A stretch of 64,000 nt of DNA. Source: Hemiscyllium ocellatum (taxonomy: Eukaryota). The stretch is from NCBI RefSeq assembly GCF_020745735.1, contig NC_083409.1, forward strand, positions 20,966,098 to 21,030,097, given 5' to 3'. Positions within the stretch are counted from its first letter, which is position 1. Every line of letters starts with the position of its first letter. A model generated the notes under the pieces. That model saw only the letters and a program-made list of their open reading frames with translations. It had not been told where the DNA came from and did no database searches. Position numbers and translations under genes: made by a program. Below, one piece after another: positions 1 to 13,379 of the stretch.

Positions 1-659
1 GTAGATGTCTGAATCTGCCAGAACTCCAGCAATGCGGCTGACCCTTACCTGCCATTTGAATGGCCGAGTAAGCCACTCAGTTTCAGGGCGGTTAGGGATA
101 GGGAACAAATGCTGGTCTTACCAGTGACACCCACATCCCAGGAAAGAATAAACAGCCTCAATAGTAACACCATCACCTGAACTTGCAGGTTTCAAGCCCC
201 ACTCCAGAGACTGGAGCACTATCCTGAGGCTGGCAAAGGCAAAGTTGCCATCTGCTGGATGATCGGTTAAACATTGCCTTCACAGGGCAATGTGAATGTA
301 AGGGCTTTCCGATCATCTCAGACAAATCCCCGCCCCCCACCCCCATGTGCTGACCAATACTTCTCTTATAACCAATGGCATTAAGACAGATATAGAAACA
401 AAATACTACAAATCTCAAATAGAAGTGCGATGCTGGAGAAGTGCGAGAAAGGCAACAGGTGCAGACTCTGTGGGGAGAGGAGGAGCTAACTTTTTGGGTT
501 TCAGTGATGTTTGAACAAAAAGGCAGCAACATTTTATTTTATTCAATTTTAAGTTGTTTTATATTATTTTATTTAAATTTTGTTGATCAAATTTTAGCCT
601 GCTTGATTGGCATCACTTCCACACACATTTATTCCCACCACACCAATACTCATTGACAT

Positions 660-910
660 CTGTGTGTACTATTTTCAAGATGCACTGCAACACTGCAATA
701 AATTAATCAAAAATTCTGAGACAATACTTTCTAAAACCGTGATTACTTGAATCAAGATGGACAAGGGCAGCAGATACAATGGGAACATCACCTCAGCGAG
801 TTCTCTCTAAGCTATTCACCTGTTTGACTTGGAAATATCATCACTGGGTCAGAATTCTGGGATTCCCTTCCTAAAAACATTGTGGGTCTACATACAGTAC
901 CATTTTGTCC
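660..910 (+). mobile_element. LINE 3' fragment (same family as 63270-63720)
   Basis: Shares caagatgcactgca ... ggacaagggcagcagatac ... gggaacatcacc blocks with 63270-63720; approximate limits. Confidence 0.45.
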
Positions 911-1024
911 AGGACAATTAAAGATGGACAGTAAAAAGACTAGTAAATGTAATAGTAGGTGTGATTTAGGGCCAGAAAGTGAGACTGTGATGTTTCAGCA
1001 ATTCCTGGACATTGGTGTGATCAC

Positions 1025-1200
1025 ATCTCAAATACTGTATTGTGTGTAGATTTGGCCTCCTTATTGAAGGAAGGATATCAATGCAATAGAGGTGGTTCAA
1101 AGGGGTTTTACCCGATTGATCGCTGGAATGAGGAGGCTGTGTGATGAGGAAAGATTGGAAAGGCTGGCCTTGTTCTCACTGCGGTTTAGAATAGTGAGGG
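1025..1200 (+). mobile_element. CR1 LINE ORF2 C-terminal fragment
   Basis: Degenerate 'YCV.FW.P...KD...LE.VQR.FTR.I.G......EERL..L' coding pattern typical of the CR1 3' end. Confidence 0.55.
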
Positions 1201-2039
1201 GGTTTCCTGTCCAACAGTATTCTCCAACTCCCTGACTGCCTCCCTCATGGGACATACCCTCCTGCCTCTTACTACATGTGGAATTGAACTGTGCAGTCCT
1301 GAGGCCTATAACTTCCTTCTGGCACTCCCTGATATATCACTGGTTTTTCAATTCAGCCTTCATTCCAAATTCCCTGAGTGGGAGTTCCTGTATTTTTATA
1401 CATTCACTGCAGATATATTTACCCTGAACCATTTCAATGCAATAAAGAAATGTTCTCATTTTCAAATGAAAAATATCCATTCCTTCATTAGAGCAGTAAT
1501 TGTCTTCAGTCTCTTTTGAAGTTTCAATACTTTCTATTTATTAACCTTCCCTACTGGACAAGTCCTGAAGCAGTTTATTTATACAGCCCCTCAAATTAAA
1601 CAAATCCCAGATTCCTATTTTCTTGTTTATCATTTTGTTTAATTCAAACCAAATGCATGTGCAGGCTCACAGCAGCTGAAGTGACAGTTCCAAATCAGTT
1701 TGAAAAAGCAAAGGTTGACTCCTTCCCCCAGTTCACCGAACTCCCACACTGACCAAACTTCCCTGCATTCCCCTCTGCGCTGACTGCACTCAGTGCTAGC
1801 TGCAGTATATAGGCTGCCCTCTATTTATATTGTTTCTGATTTATATCACTCCATTCTGTTGTGCTGTTGTTCAGGATCTGTGTTAAACTCACTCATTTCC
1901 CAATCGAAAGCTTCCTTCTTTCAGCCTGAGAGACATTTTACATTTGCAACCAGGAAATATTACTTCAAAGCTGCAATCTGTTCTCAGGATTGATGGGCTC
2001 GATGATTTGATTCAGTGAAATAACCTCGTCTAATCTCTT

Positions 2040-2420
2040 CAGGGGTCGACATTTCTGGTGTAACTCTTCTTCAGGAAGTGGGGAAAGGCGTGAGGGGAGT
2101 TGCAGATAAATGGATGGGTTGGAGCAAGGTGGTGAGTGGAGATAGGTTGAGAAAGATAGAGAGTGTGACCTGATTGGTCGATGTGAGAGATGAATCCAGA
2201 ATTATCCCTCCCCTCGACCAACCAGTTCCTATCCTCGACCTGTCTCCATATATCCCCACCTAACCACCTTTCCCCCGCCACACCCTTAATCTGCAACTCC
2301 CCCAACACCTATCCACCCCACTTCCTGAAGAAAGGTTATACTCAAAACGTCGACTTCTCTTCCTCCTGATGCTGCCTGGGCTTACTGTGTTCTCCCAGCC
2401 TCTTGTTTGTCAACCTTGGA
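2040..2420. mobile_element. Penelope-derived non-autonomous foldback element
   Basis: Internal inverted arms (ttcaggaagtgggg / ccccacttcctgaa; ggagttgcagat / atctgcaactcc) and a decayed ctgaaga...aaacgtcgac terminal motif; paralog at 26660-27050. Confidence 0.55.
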
Positions 2421-3919
2421 TTCCAGCATTTGCAGTTTTTTTTATTCATCTTTAATCTCTTCAGGGGGAAGGATGAGTGGGAGGAGATTGGGTTTTGATG
2501 GAACTGCCCTCAGACTGAATTCAAAAGAAGCAGAGCAAAAAAGGCATGTGGATCGAATACATGGGGGTAAATCTTGAGAAAAAAGTAATTGTTACCAGTT
2601 TAGCAATTGCAAATGAGAGAGCAACAACATTGAATTGCTTCTGTTGTCATCCTCTGTGCCCAAAGATTTCACAGAGCCAGCTCCACATCCATCCATTGGC
2701 TTTGTCATTGGGAGTCAACAGTTCACTTCCCACAGCCCTCTTTAAAATGTCCTGTCCCAGAGAGACAAAGAATACTTCACCTTTTCTGGGAAAGATAGAG
2801 AAATATAGGAGCTGCTTTCAGCCTTCAGGGTCTGACAGAAGGATGTGTAACATCCGTGGAATTTGGAGACAGATCACTGAGCTATTCCTCACTCCCATCA
2901 ACACCTAACTTTATTCTAACAACAGTTTCTATTCTTCATTATAAAGTATCAGTTTCTGACTGGACATTTCAAACCCAGTCCCCATTGCCTTACATGGGAA
3001 TCAAGAATCAAACTTGCCCCTTCTCAGGATTGTCCTCTGAATGTGGTGTCAGTGGGCTAATGCTGTGTTTGAATGAAAGAGCTACAGTGGAATCTAGGAC
3101 TGAATCCAAAGGGTTTCTGAGCCACCAGCAGCCTCCCCACTGTGTGAGGGTCTGTTTGTATAAGAGTTCAGCCCCATGGATTCCCAATGATACTAGAGCC
3201 ATGGAGTGAGATTGCTGGAGCCATATGTGGACTGAGGAACACAACAGTCAGGACAATGAGCTTCTCTGGAATTCACCCTGAGCCCTGGATGATCCTCAAT
3301 GAGATGGTCAAGGGGCTACAGAATACGACAGCAGAAGGACCATCATTGATGGTCCTCCCCAGCTGTGACTCCCAGATGCCCCCGGACTGAACATTCTCAA
3401 TCTGACCCCATGGACACACAGAGCAATTCCGTCCCATTTGAGGAGGACAGAAAATCTAGGTTTAATTTATGGAATATTTATTTCCTAAAACCTGTAGAAT
3501 TGTTATTCTGAGTAACAAGAGCCTGCTGGTCATATTCATAAATACAGGGTTCCCAATGGCACTGGCTCATAAACAGCTGAGTTGAACTTCTCGGCCTGCG
3601 ATGTTGCTGTGCCTAGGGGATAGGTGAGGGAATTTCCATCAGATTATTGTGTTCCCCAGTGTCCCTTCGTGCCTTCCTTCTTTTCTCCATTTATTGGGAA
3701 ATAATTCCTTCGGGCCGTGCATTCCTTTTGAAAGAACCCATTCTGGACGCAGTTGTAGAATTGTCCTCCTGCTCCAGGGACCTCATTACCCCCTTGATTC
3801 TCCCCCTCTTGTTCCAGGCCTTGAAGGTGGAGGTTAACACTTCACACACCTTTCCCTGAGGTTTCTGCTCTGGCCATTCCCAAAGCACACACAGAGACAG
3901 AGGCTGAATCTTCTTCATC

Positions 3920-3925
3920 TTTATT
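3920..3925 (-). terminator. Candidate polyadenylation signal (AATAAA) for the unit 1 C exon
   Basis: AATAAA on the minus strand about 525 nt past the C stop codon; the paralogous site in unit 3 (55394-55399) reads AGTAAA. Confidence 0.45.
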
Positions 3926-4448
3926 CCTTTTTCCAGATTGACATTGACAGAAAATAGACTTCAATTAACAGCCCAAACAGAGGAAGCTGCTCAAATTCAC
4001 AGCCACATTGGAGCTAAATGAAAACATTTGTAGAGATTTTCTCAATAACATAAGAATCCTGTCTCTTTAAACAGTGACAGAAGCTTAAATTGGAACTGGT
4101 GGCTGAGCAGGAAGGAGATCTGGTTTACTGAAGCAGAGACTTCTGAGGTTCACATTGTTTTGTACAGCTGACAGTTTTCAGCATCTTCGAGAGCTTTTAC
4201 TTGGCATCACTAGTCTTCATTGTCCAATCAAACACTCCTAGAAAAGAGGGCATGGGGTTTGATACAGAGTAAAGCTTGTTTTTGATGATCCCAAAGATCT
4301 GCCTTAACCCTTGAACCTCAGAGGTGTTTCTGAGCCAATCCCAAGAAGGATGAGAGTTGAAATTCAGCCCTAACCATGACCTTTGCCCTGCCAGCTCAGC
4401 CCAGTTCTCTTTAAAGTTGTGTCTCCTCTGTGGACTGTCTGCAACACT

Positions 4449-4777
4449 CTACACACATTCTGATCTCCTGAAGCTCTTGCTGAGGGGAGAGGGGAGGGTC
4501 ACGAGTGTGAGGGCACAGGAGAAGCGAGCGTTGGACTCCCAGGCAGACCCAGAGAGGGTCAGCAGGCTGCTGACACTGTAGGTGCTGTCCGAAGCTCGCA
4601 AGTAGTTGCTGGTCTGAACCCCGTCCGAAATGACTGCACCATCCTTCTTCCACTGCACCTCCAGCTCATCGGGATAGAAGTGATTGGCAAGGCACACCAG
4701 AGTAGCTGTGCCCTTGGCATTGACCTGCTCCGGGGAGGGTGGCAGTAGGGTCAGCTTGGGCTGAGAGTTCTCACGGC
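4449..4777 (-). CDS. IGKC: Immunoglobulin kappa-type (shark type III / NS4-like) light-chain constant exon, intact
   Basis: Acceptor tcttgtctttcag, phase 1, then RENSQPKLTLLPPSPEQVNAKGTATLVCLANHFYPDELEVQWKKDGAVISDGVQTSNYLRASDSTYSVSSLLTLSGSAWESNARFSCALTLVTLPSPLSKSFRRSECV*. C1-set Cys/Trp/Cys pattern and penultimate heavy-chain-linking Cys; closely resembles nurse shark NS4 C as I recall it. No stops or frameshifts. Confidence 0.93.
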
Positions 4778-5199
4778 CTGAAAGACAAGAGAAACAACTT
4801 TAATCCCTGCCATTTGAAGGGATTTCAACTGTGAACATTCACTGGCAAAACAATCCATTTGAACATTTGTAATCAATACTTAACAAACCCATAAAAGGAC
4901 AGGGCCTTTTAAAATTGCTTCTTGGGATGTGAGTGTCACTGGTAGGGCGAGAATTTATTGTCCATTCCTAATTGCCCCTGAGAAGGTGATGGTGAAAAAG
5001 AAGGGACAGTTTTGGACAATCATTTATGGAATGAATGTGGCAGCTCAAGGGCTATCAATGGGGGATCATTTGAGTGACAGTGATCAGAATTCAGCGAGAT
5101 TGAGAGTATGGATGGAAATGGAGAACCAGGGAACAAGTCGAAAAGTTTTCATTTGGGAACAAACCATTTTACTGAACAGTGCAGGGATTGGGTAAAAGT

Positions 5200-5490
5200 G
5201 GGCTGAAAGAAAAAAAGGAAAGGTGAAATTTACCAGGACCTGAGGAAAGCAAAGAAGCGACAGGATGAAATGTGGCCAAATGAAGTCCAGGAAATCCCAA
5301 TGATGTTTTTTTATCACGAAAAGAACAAGAGAATGAAGGAATGTATGAGGCCCATTCGAGAGCAGGAAGGGAACTTCTGTGCGGAGGTGGAAGATGGAGC
5401 AATGGTTCCTCATGAAAAGTTTCGGTCTGTTTTCACAAAAGAGAGGGACAAAGCAGGAACTGTAGTTCAGGAGGAGGACTGTGCAACATT
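5200..5490 (+). mobile_element. CR1 LINE ORF2 fragment
   Basis: Degenerate 'K.NP..F...EGN.C.E.E......FRSVFTKE' linker upstream of the RT domain. Confidence 0.5.
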
Positions 5491-6104
5491 GGAACGGCAT
5501 CTTTTACATCTGAAAGACTCCCAGTTCATCCAAAGAAAAGAAAGATTCATGCTGTCCCAAAGACATTTGCAGACAGTGTGGGACTTGCTTGGAATGTGGT
5601 CACTGTTGTAATGAAGGAAATGTGGCAGCCAGATTGTACACAGCAAGATCCCACAAGCAACAATGAACCCAGGAACATTTTGAGAGATGTTTGTTCAGGG
5701 ATAAATATCTGCCTGAATATGATTCAAAGTGAAAGTAACTCGAACAGTTGGATGGAAAATGAGAAAATGAAAGTTAAAGGAGAAGGTAGCATTACTGGAT
5801 AGTGATGGGATTGATTGCTACCAGAAAACAAAAGGAAAGGGACAGAGTATTGTGAATGTCATATTGTACTGAGGAAACTTTAAAGTGCAGGGAAGCTCAG
5901 CACTAGAACAAACTTAACGCATGAAACATTTGGAATGATATAGACAAAGTGGTACCATACAAAGCAAGGTAAATCAAGCTTCCGATGGATTTAAACTAAT
6001 TAAAGAAGGTCGGGGCTCAGGACACTTTATTAAAGTATCATGAGCAAGTAATAGGATCGAGAGTATGGAAAGGATCAGGAATTGAACTTGAGGCCCCACA
6101 GGGT

Positions 6105-6345
6105 GGAATGATGGATCAGTGGTTAGCACTGCTGTCTCACAGCTCCGGAGATACAGACTCAATTCTAACTGACTGTCTGTGTGGAGTTTACACATTTTCC
6201 CCATGTCTCCTTGGGTTTCTCCCATTGTCACAAAGATGAGTACGTTAGAAGGATTATCCATGGGAATTGCTGGGTGGGTGGGATGCTTTTTGAAGGGTCA
6301 GTCTGGGCTGAATGGCCTGCTTCCACATTGTAGGGTTTCTATGAT
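6105..6345 (+). mobile_element. Old tRNA-derived SINE (HE1/V-SINE-like)
   Basis: cagtggttagcactgctgtctcacagctcc head, gtgtggagtttacacattttccccatgtct core, ggctgaatggcctgcttcc tail. Confidence 0.55.
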
Positions 6346-6429
6346 ATCTAAAGAAGTTAACTATGAGAAGGAGGCAGTCAATGCACGACTGTGGGTGTTG
6401 TACTTCGATGCATCTAGTATATGAAATAA

Positions 6430-8170
6430 GGTAAATGAGTCTATAGTTCAAAGACATGGCTGCAAGGGGATAAGGGCTGGGAACTAAATATCCAGGGATG
6501 CACATCCTATTGAAAGGAAATAAGAGGGGATGGTGGGTCAAGTGTGAAGGAGGAACTGAAAGTAGTCCTTATTAGTCAGGAAATGGTTTTGGAGACGTTG
6601 ACGCCACAAAAACTTAATATGTCCCCAGGGCCTGATGCTCTGCAACTCAGAGTCCTCAACAAAGTGGGTGTACAAATAGTGGGCATATTGGTGATCATAG
6701 ATTGGAGGGATAGTGAAAATGAGGAATTATACATGAGGAAATCACCGGAGTCAGTTATTAAAGATACAATAACCGAGCATTTGGAAAGTAGTAACAGGAA
6801 CGGTCCAAGTCAGCATGGATGTAGGAAAGGGAAATCAGGCCTGACATATCTTCTGGAAGATTTTGAGGATGTGATCAGTTGAGAGTGGACAAGGCTGAAT
6901 CAGTGGACAATAAAAACAAAATTTGATTAAACATTTTAGCAGATCTGGCAGCATCTGTGGAGAACAATCGAAGTTAGAGTTTCGGGTTGAGTGACCCTCC
7001 CTCAGAACTCAGTGGGTAGTGTGTATCTGGAATTTCAAAACGCTTTTGACAAGGTCCCATACAAGAGATTAGTGAGTTACATTAAACCTCATGGTATTGG
7101 AGATAATGTATTGACATGGAGAAAGCACTCGTTGCCAGATAGAAAGCAGACAGTTGCAATAAATGAGTCCTTCTCAGAGTGGTCCTTCACAGAGTGGCAG
7201 GTAGTGATGAGTGGGGTACCACAGGGTTCAGTGCTGGGACCCCAGCTGTTCACAATATTGATAAACGATATGGACAAAGGAATTGAATGCAATCCCTACA
7301 ATTTTTCAGATGACACGGAGCTGGGTGACAGTGTTTGGTGTAAGGAGGATGCTAAGAGGACGCAGGGTTAGTTGGACAGGCTGTCTAAGTGGGCAAATGC
7401 CTGGCAAATGCAATATAATGTGGGTAAATGTGAGGTCATCCACTTTGGTGGTAAACAGGAAGTCAGATTATTAATGAATGGTGAAAGTTTAGGAAAAGGT
7501 GAGGTGCAATGTGAGCTGGGTGTCATTGTGGGATAGTCACTGAAAGGTGGCATGCAGGTGCAGCAGGCAGTGAGGAAAGCTAATGGTATGTTGGCCTTCA
7601 CAGTGAGAGGTTTTGTGTATTGGAGTAAGGATGTCTTGCAGAATTAAACAGGGCCCTGGTGAGCCCTCACCTTGAGAATAGTGTGCAGTTTTGGTCTCCT
7701 AGTCTGAGGAAGGACATTCTTGCTCTTGAGGGAGTCCAGCGAAGGTTCATGAGACTGATTCCTGGGACAGCAGGACTGACATATGATCGACTGGGCTTGT
7801 ACTCACTGTTATTTAGAAGAATGAGGGGAATCTCACAGAAACATGTAAAATCCTGATGGGATTTGACAGGCTCGATGCTGGAAGAATGTCCCCGATATTA
7901 TGGAAATCCAAAACTTGGGGTCAAAGATCACAAATAAGGGCGAGGTAATTCAGATGTTGTGAACCTGTGAAACTCTCTACCACAGAAATCTCGTGGGGAC
8001 AGTTTGTTCGACATATATCAAGAGGGATGTGGCACTTGCAGCTAAAAGTATCGACGGATATGGGGGAGAGTGGGAATGGGATACAGAGATTGCATAATCA
8101 GTCATGATCATATTGAACAGTGATGCAGGCTGTCAGGGCTAAATAGCCTATTCCAGCAGCAATTTTCTAC
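6430..8170 (+). mobile_element. Decayed CR1 LINE ORF2 (reverse transcriptase region and 3' end)
   Basis: SPGPD, QHG..KGKS.LT.LLE.FE.V, YLEFQNAFDKVP, SGVPQGSVLGPQLF, FSDDTEL motifs split over frames; a short Penelope-type terminus interrupts it near 6905-7015. Confidence 0.85.
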
Positions 8171-8179
8171 GTTTCTATG

Positions 8180-9830
8180 TTTCTAATGATCGGTAGATGA
8201 GCATGTTGGGATGTTGGGGAGCGGGTTTACATTGTCAGTTAGAACTGAAATTATATCGGCAGGAAGAGGAAGTATAATGTTAGAATGCATAGAATCTGTG
8301 AAAGTCAACTTAAGAAACCACAAAGAAACAAAAACCCTGATGGTAGTTATGTACAAACCTCCGCACAGTAATCGGGATGTGGATCAGAAAATAAAACAGG
8401 AGGTAGAAAAGGCATATAAGAAAGGGATTATTACATAGTCATGGGGTCTACAATTTGCAGGTGGACTGGGAAAGTCAGGTTGGGAATGGATCTCAAGGAA
8501 AGGAATTCATGGAATGTCTATGAGAGGCTTTTTTGGAATAGTTTGTGGTGGAGCCCCAAGGAAACAGGTAATTTCGGATTCGGTGATATGTAATGAGGCA
8601 GCCCTGATTGAGGAGCTGAAGGTGAATGAACCCTGAGGGGGCAGTAATCATAATGTGTTAGAATTCACCCCGCAATTCGAGAGGGAGAAGCTGAAATTAG
8701 ATGTAGTAATAGGAGTTAATGAGCAAGTTAGACAAAGGAGAGCCAATGGACATGACCTATTTGGATTTCCAGAAGACCTTTGACGAGTTACCACACAGGG
8801 GGCTGCTAAATAACATAAGAGCCAATAGGTTTTGGGGCCAGGTACCGACATGGATAGAGAGGGCAAACAAATTGGTATTTTGCAGAATGGCAGCTGGTGC
8901 CTCATGCAGTTCAGCAGGTGGCAGTGTTGGGACCTCAGCTCTTCATGTAAAAATTAATTATATATTAACAATCTGGGAAAAGGAACTGAGGGCTTTTTCG
9001 TAAATTTGCTGATGACACAAAGATGAGGGGAAGGACAGGCATAGTTGAGGAAGCAGGGAGGCTGAAGAACGTCTTGGAAAGGCTCAGAGAGTGAGCAAGA
9101 AGTGACTGATGTAATACAATGTGGAAAAGTGTGAGGTTATGCACTTTGGTTGGAAGAATAAAAGCTCAAACTGTTGTCTAAATGGTGAAATTCAGAATTC
9201 TCAAGTACAAAGGGTCTTGGTAGTCCTCTTTCAAGTTACTCAGAAGGTGAACATTTTCGTTCTGTTATCAATTAGGAAGACAAATTCAATGTTATCATTC
9301 ATTTCAACTGAGTTAGAATACAAGAGCTGGTATGTCCTGCTGAGGCTGTATGAGACTCTGGTCAGACCGCATTTGGAATATTGTGAGCAGTTTGGGCCCA
9401 TATCTAAGGAGGGATGTGCGTGCATTGGGGAGGTCCAGAGTTGGTTTATAAGAATGACCTTGGGTGTGACAGCCTGGTCTGATGAGGAGCGAACGAGGCC
9501 TCTGGCTGTGTACTTGCTGGAGTTCAGAAGGACATGGGGAGTTTACATTGAAACTTACAGAATACCGAGAGGCCTAGATAGAGTGGACGTGGAGAAGCTG
9601 TTTCCACAAGGAAGAGAAAATTGGACCAGTGGGCACAGCCGCAGAGTTAAAGGATAACGTGTTGCTGTGACGGTGAAGTCATTGAGTGTATTTAGGGCAG
9701 ACTTTGATAGGTTTTTGACTGGCAATCAAACATAATGGGAAGAAGGCAAGACGATGGTCTTGAGAAACACATCAGCCATGACCAAATGGCACAGCAGACT
9801 CGATGGGGTGAATGGTCAAATTTTGATGTT
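8180..9830 (+). mobile_element. CR1 LINE fragments (endonuclease piece then RT/3' piece)
   Basis: VMYKPP (endonuclease); YLDFQKTFDELPH, FADDTK, KCEVMHFG, LVRPHLEYC (RT and C-terminus). Confidence 0.8.
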
Positions 9831-10349
9831 TTTTGAAGAGACTCTGCAAAACCCAAGAACACTGAAAGCACTGGATGGTGAGCCCTGCTGGAACTGTTAG
9901 TCATCAGAACTTTGCCAAGAGGTAATCAGGGAGTGGAAAGAGGTTTATCTTGTTCCATGTGGGAACTTCAGGATGCTTTCCAGCTCCTGGAATACCATGA
10001 GTCAGTGAGAGCAGTTGGAGTTCCAGGTTTCGGAGCTTGAGCAGCAGCTGGTGTCAGTGAGGAGCATCCGTGAGGCTGAGAGCTCCATATTTTGCATTTG
10101 TGTTTTCTGTCAGTATGTTTTATTTTATCTTCATTTGGATTGTGTAAGGAGGTCTAATTACTAAATCTAAATCATCAGCATTGTGTGCTTATGCTCCAAA
10201 GATGCTGCAGACCAACTGCATTTCTTCAGCTGTTTCTGTTTGCATTGCAGTCTGAGATCTGTGTTGTCCAATAATACCAGCATTTAGGATGATAGTAGTT
10301 GGCTAGCATCATGATTATCACTCTAGTTAGAAATTGGCACTTTGCCTTT

Positions 10350-13335
10350 GATGAATCTAACAAATCCTAATGCTGTCTTTCACATCTGTCAGGCGAATGG
10401 GAACAAAATGAGGAGATTAGTGGGCAGGAAGGAGGTAGTAATTAAAGCCTGTAAGGAACTAGATAACGAAGTCTGTGTGATTAAGAGGAAGAATAGGCAG
10501 GGAGCAGATGAGGAACGCAGAGAAACAGGTAGTCTGAGGTGCATTTGTTTTAATGCAAGAAGTGTAGTAGGTAAGGCAGAGGAACTTAGGACTTGGATTA
10601 GTATCTGGGAGTGTGAAGTTATTACTATGACTGAGACTTGGTTGAGGAAGGGCAAGATTGGCAACTAAATATCCCAGGTTATAAATGCATCAGGCGGATA
10701 AAGAGAGGGAGGTAAAAGGGATGGAGGAGTTGCATTACTGGTCAGAGAGGATATCATAGCTGAAGGAGGTGTACTGAAGGAGGGCACTATGGAGGTCTCG
10801 AGCAGTGAGACAATATGGGCAGAGCACAGAAATAGGAAGTATGCGATAACAATGTTGGGGCTGTACTACAGGCCTCCCAACAGCGAGCGCGGGATAGAGG
10901 TACAAATTTGGAACCAGATTATGGAAAGATGTAGGAGCAACAGGGTGGTGCTGATGAGAGATTTTACGTTTCTCAACATTGACTGAGATTCACTGGGAGC
11001 TAGATGTTTAGATGGAGCAGAATTTGTAAGGAGCACCCAGAAGTGTTTTATGGAGCCATATGTAAATAGTCCAGCTCAGGCACGGGTCATACTGGATACT
11101 TGTATTGGAATGAGCCCAATCAGGTGGTTGAAATCTCAGTCGGGGATTATTTTGGGAACTCTGATTACAATTTTATAACTTTTAGAATGCTCATAGGCAA
11201 AGACGAGAGTGGTCCTAAAGGAAGAGGGCTAAACTGGGGGAAGGCCAACTCTCGCAAAATTCGGCAGGAGATGGGAAATGTAGATTGGGAGCCGCAGTCT
11301 GAAGGTAAATCCACATTTGATATGTAGGAGGCTTTGAAATAGAAGAGAATGATTAGAGTGCAGGACAGACATGTCCCTGTGAAACTGAGGGATTGAAATG
11401 GCAAGATTAGGGAACCCTCGATAACATGTGAAACTGTGACATTGGCCAAGTAGAAATAGGATGCATACATAAGGTCTAAGTGGCTGACAACAGATGAGTC
11501 TTTGGAAAACTATCAGGAAAGTAGGACTAATCTGAAATGAAAAATCAAAGGGACTATAAGGGGTCATGAAATATAATTACCAAACAGGGTTAAAGACAAT
11601 CCCAAAGGCTTTTATTTGTATATCAGGAGCAAGGTGGTGACGAGAGAAAGGGTTGGCCCACTCAAGAACAAAGGAGGAAAGTTAGGCGTGGAGTCAAAGA
11701 AAATGGGTGAGATTCTTAATGATACTTTGTGTTGTTATTTACCCAGGAGAGGGAACTGATGAATGTTGAGGTTAGGGATTGATGTTTGATTACTCTGCGT
11801 CAAGTCTACACAGGGAAGGAAGAGGTTTTGGGTGTTCAAAAAGGCATTAAGGTGGACAAGTGCCCAGGCCCAGATGGGAGCTATCCCAGTTTACTGAGGG
11901 GAATGAGAGAGGAAGTAGCTGGGGCGTTGTCGCAAACTTGAACACGGGTGAGGTCCCAGACAACTGGAGAATTTCTTATGTTGTCCCCTTGTTTAAGAAG
12001 TGCAGCCAGGATAATCCAGGTAATTATAGACCAGTGAGCCTGACGTCAGTGGTAAGGAAGCTGCTGGAGAAGATACTGAGGGATATAATCTCCTTACATT
12101 TGGAAGAAACTAGACTTATCAGTGATAGGCAGCATGATTTTGTGCAGGGAATGTCATGTCTTACCAACTCAATAAAATTCTTTGAAGAAATGGCAAAATT
12201 GATTGATGGGGGAAGGGCTGTAGATGTCATATACATGGACTTTAGTAAGATGTTTGGTCAGGTTCCCCATGATAGCCCGATGAAAAAAGAAATGAAGTTA
12301 CATGGGGTCCAGGGTGTTCTAGCTACATGGATAGAGAACAGGCTGGGCAACAGGAGACAGAGAGTAATAGTGGAAGGGAGTTTCTCAAAATGGAGAACTG
12401 TGACCAGTGGTGTTCCACAGGGATTTGTGCTGGAGGAAAGCGTAGGTTGAGTGAGTATTAAGTTTGCAGATGATACTAAGATTGGTGAAATAGCAGGTGG
12501 TGAAGGGGTTTGTCAGAGAATACAGCAGAACATTGGAGAATTGGGCAGAGAAACAGACAGATGGAGTTCAATCTGATCAAATGTGCGCTGATGAATTTTG
12601 GAAAATGCAATTCCAGAGTGAACTATATGGTAAATGAAAAGAGGTCTGGGTGTTCAGGTCCATTGTTCCCTGAAGGTGGCAATGCAAGGCAATAGAGTGG
12701 TTAAAAAGGTAGACAACATATTTTCCTTCATCGTACAGGGTACTGAGTAAAAGAGTTGGAAGTCATGTTAAAATTGTATCGGACTTTGGTTCAGCTACAT
12801 TTGGAAAACTGCGTAGAATTCTGGTCACCTCTTTATCAGAAGATTGTGCATACTTGGGAGAGTATGCAAAGGAGGTTCATCAGCATTGAGATATGGAGGG
12901 TATTAGTTATAAAGAGAGGTTGAGTAGATTAGGATTATTTTCATTGGAAATATGAAGGTGGGGGGGCAGATTGAGGTCGACAAAACCGTGAGAGGTGTAG
13001 ACAGGATGGATAGCAAGAAGCTTTTCCCCGGGATGTGGAACTCAATTACCAGAGATCGTGTGTTCAAGGTGAGAGGGGAAAGGTTTAAGGGAGATATGCA
13101 TGGAAAGTTGATTACGCAGAGGGTGGTGTGCTCCTGGAATATGTTGCCAGTGGAGATGTTATAGATAGGCATGACAACCTTTATTAAGATGTACCTAGAC
13201 AGATACATAAATGCGCATTGAGCAAAGGGATACAGATATTTGGGAAATAGGTCTCAGCTTTAGATACAGGATCTGGATTGGCGTAGGCTTGTAGGGCGAA
13301 GGGCCTGTTGCTATGCTGCAATTTTCTTTGTTCGT
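10350..13335 (+). mobile_element. Near full-length decayed CR1 ORF2
   Basis: CICFNARSV, ITMTETWL, GLYYRPPNS (APE endonuclease); WRISYVVPLFKK..NYRPVSLTSVV, YMDFSK, SGVPQG, FADDTK (RT); gaagggcctgtt tail. Many stops and frameshifts. Confidence 0.88.
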
Positions 13336-13379
13336 TGTTCTTTGAACTGAGGAAGCTCAGATGAACAGAGCGATCTTTG

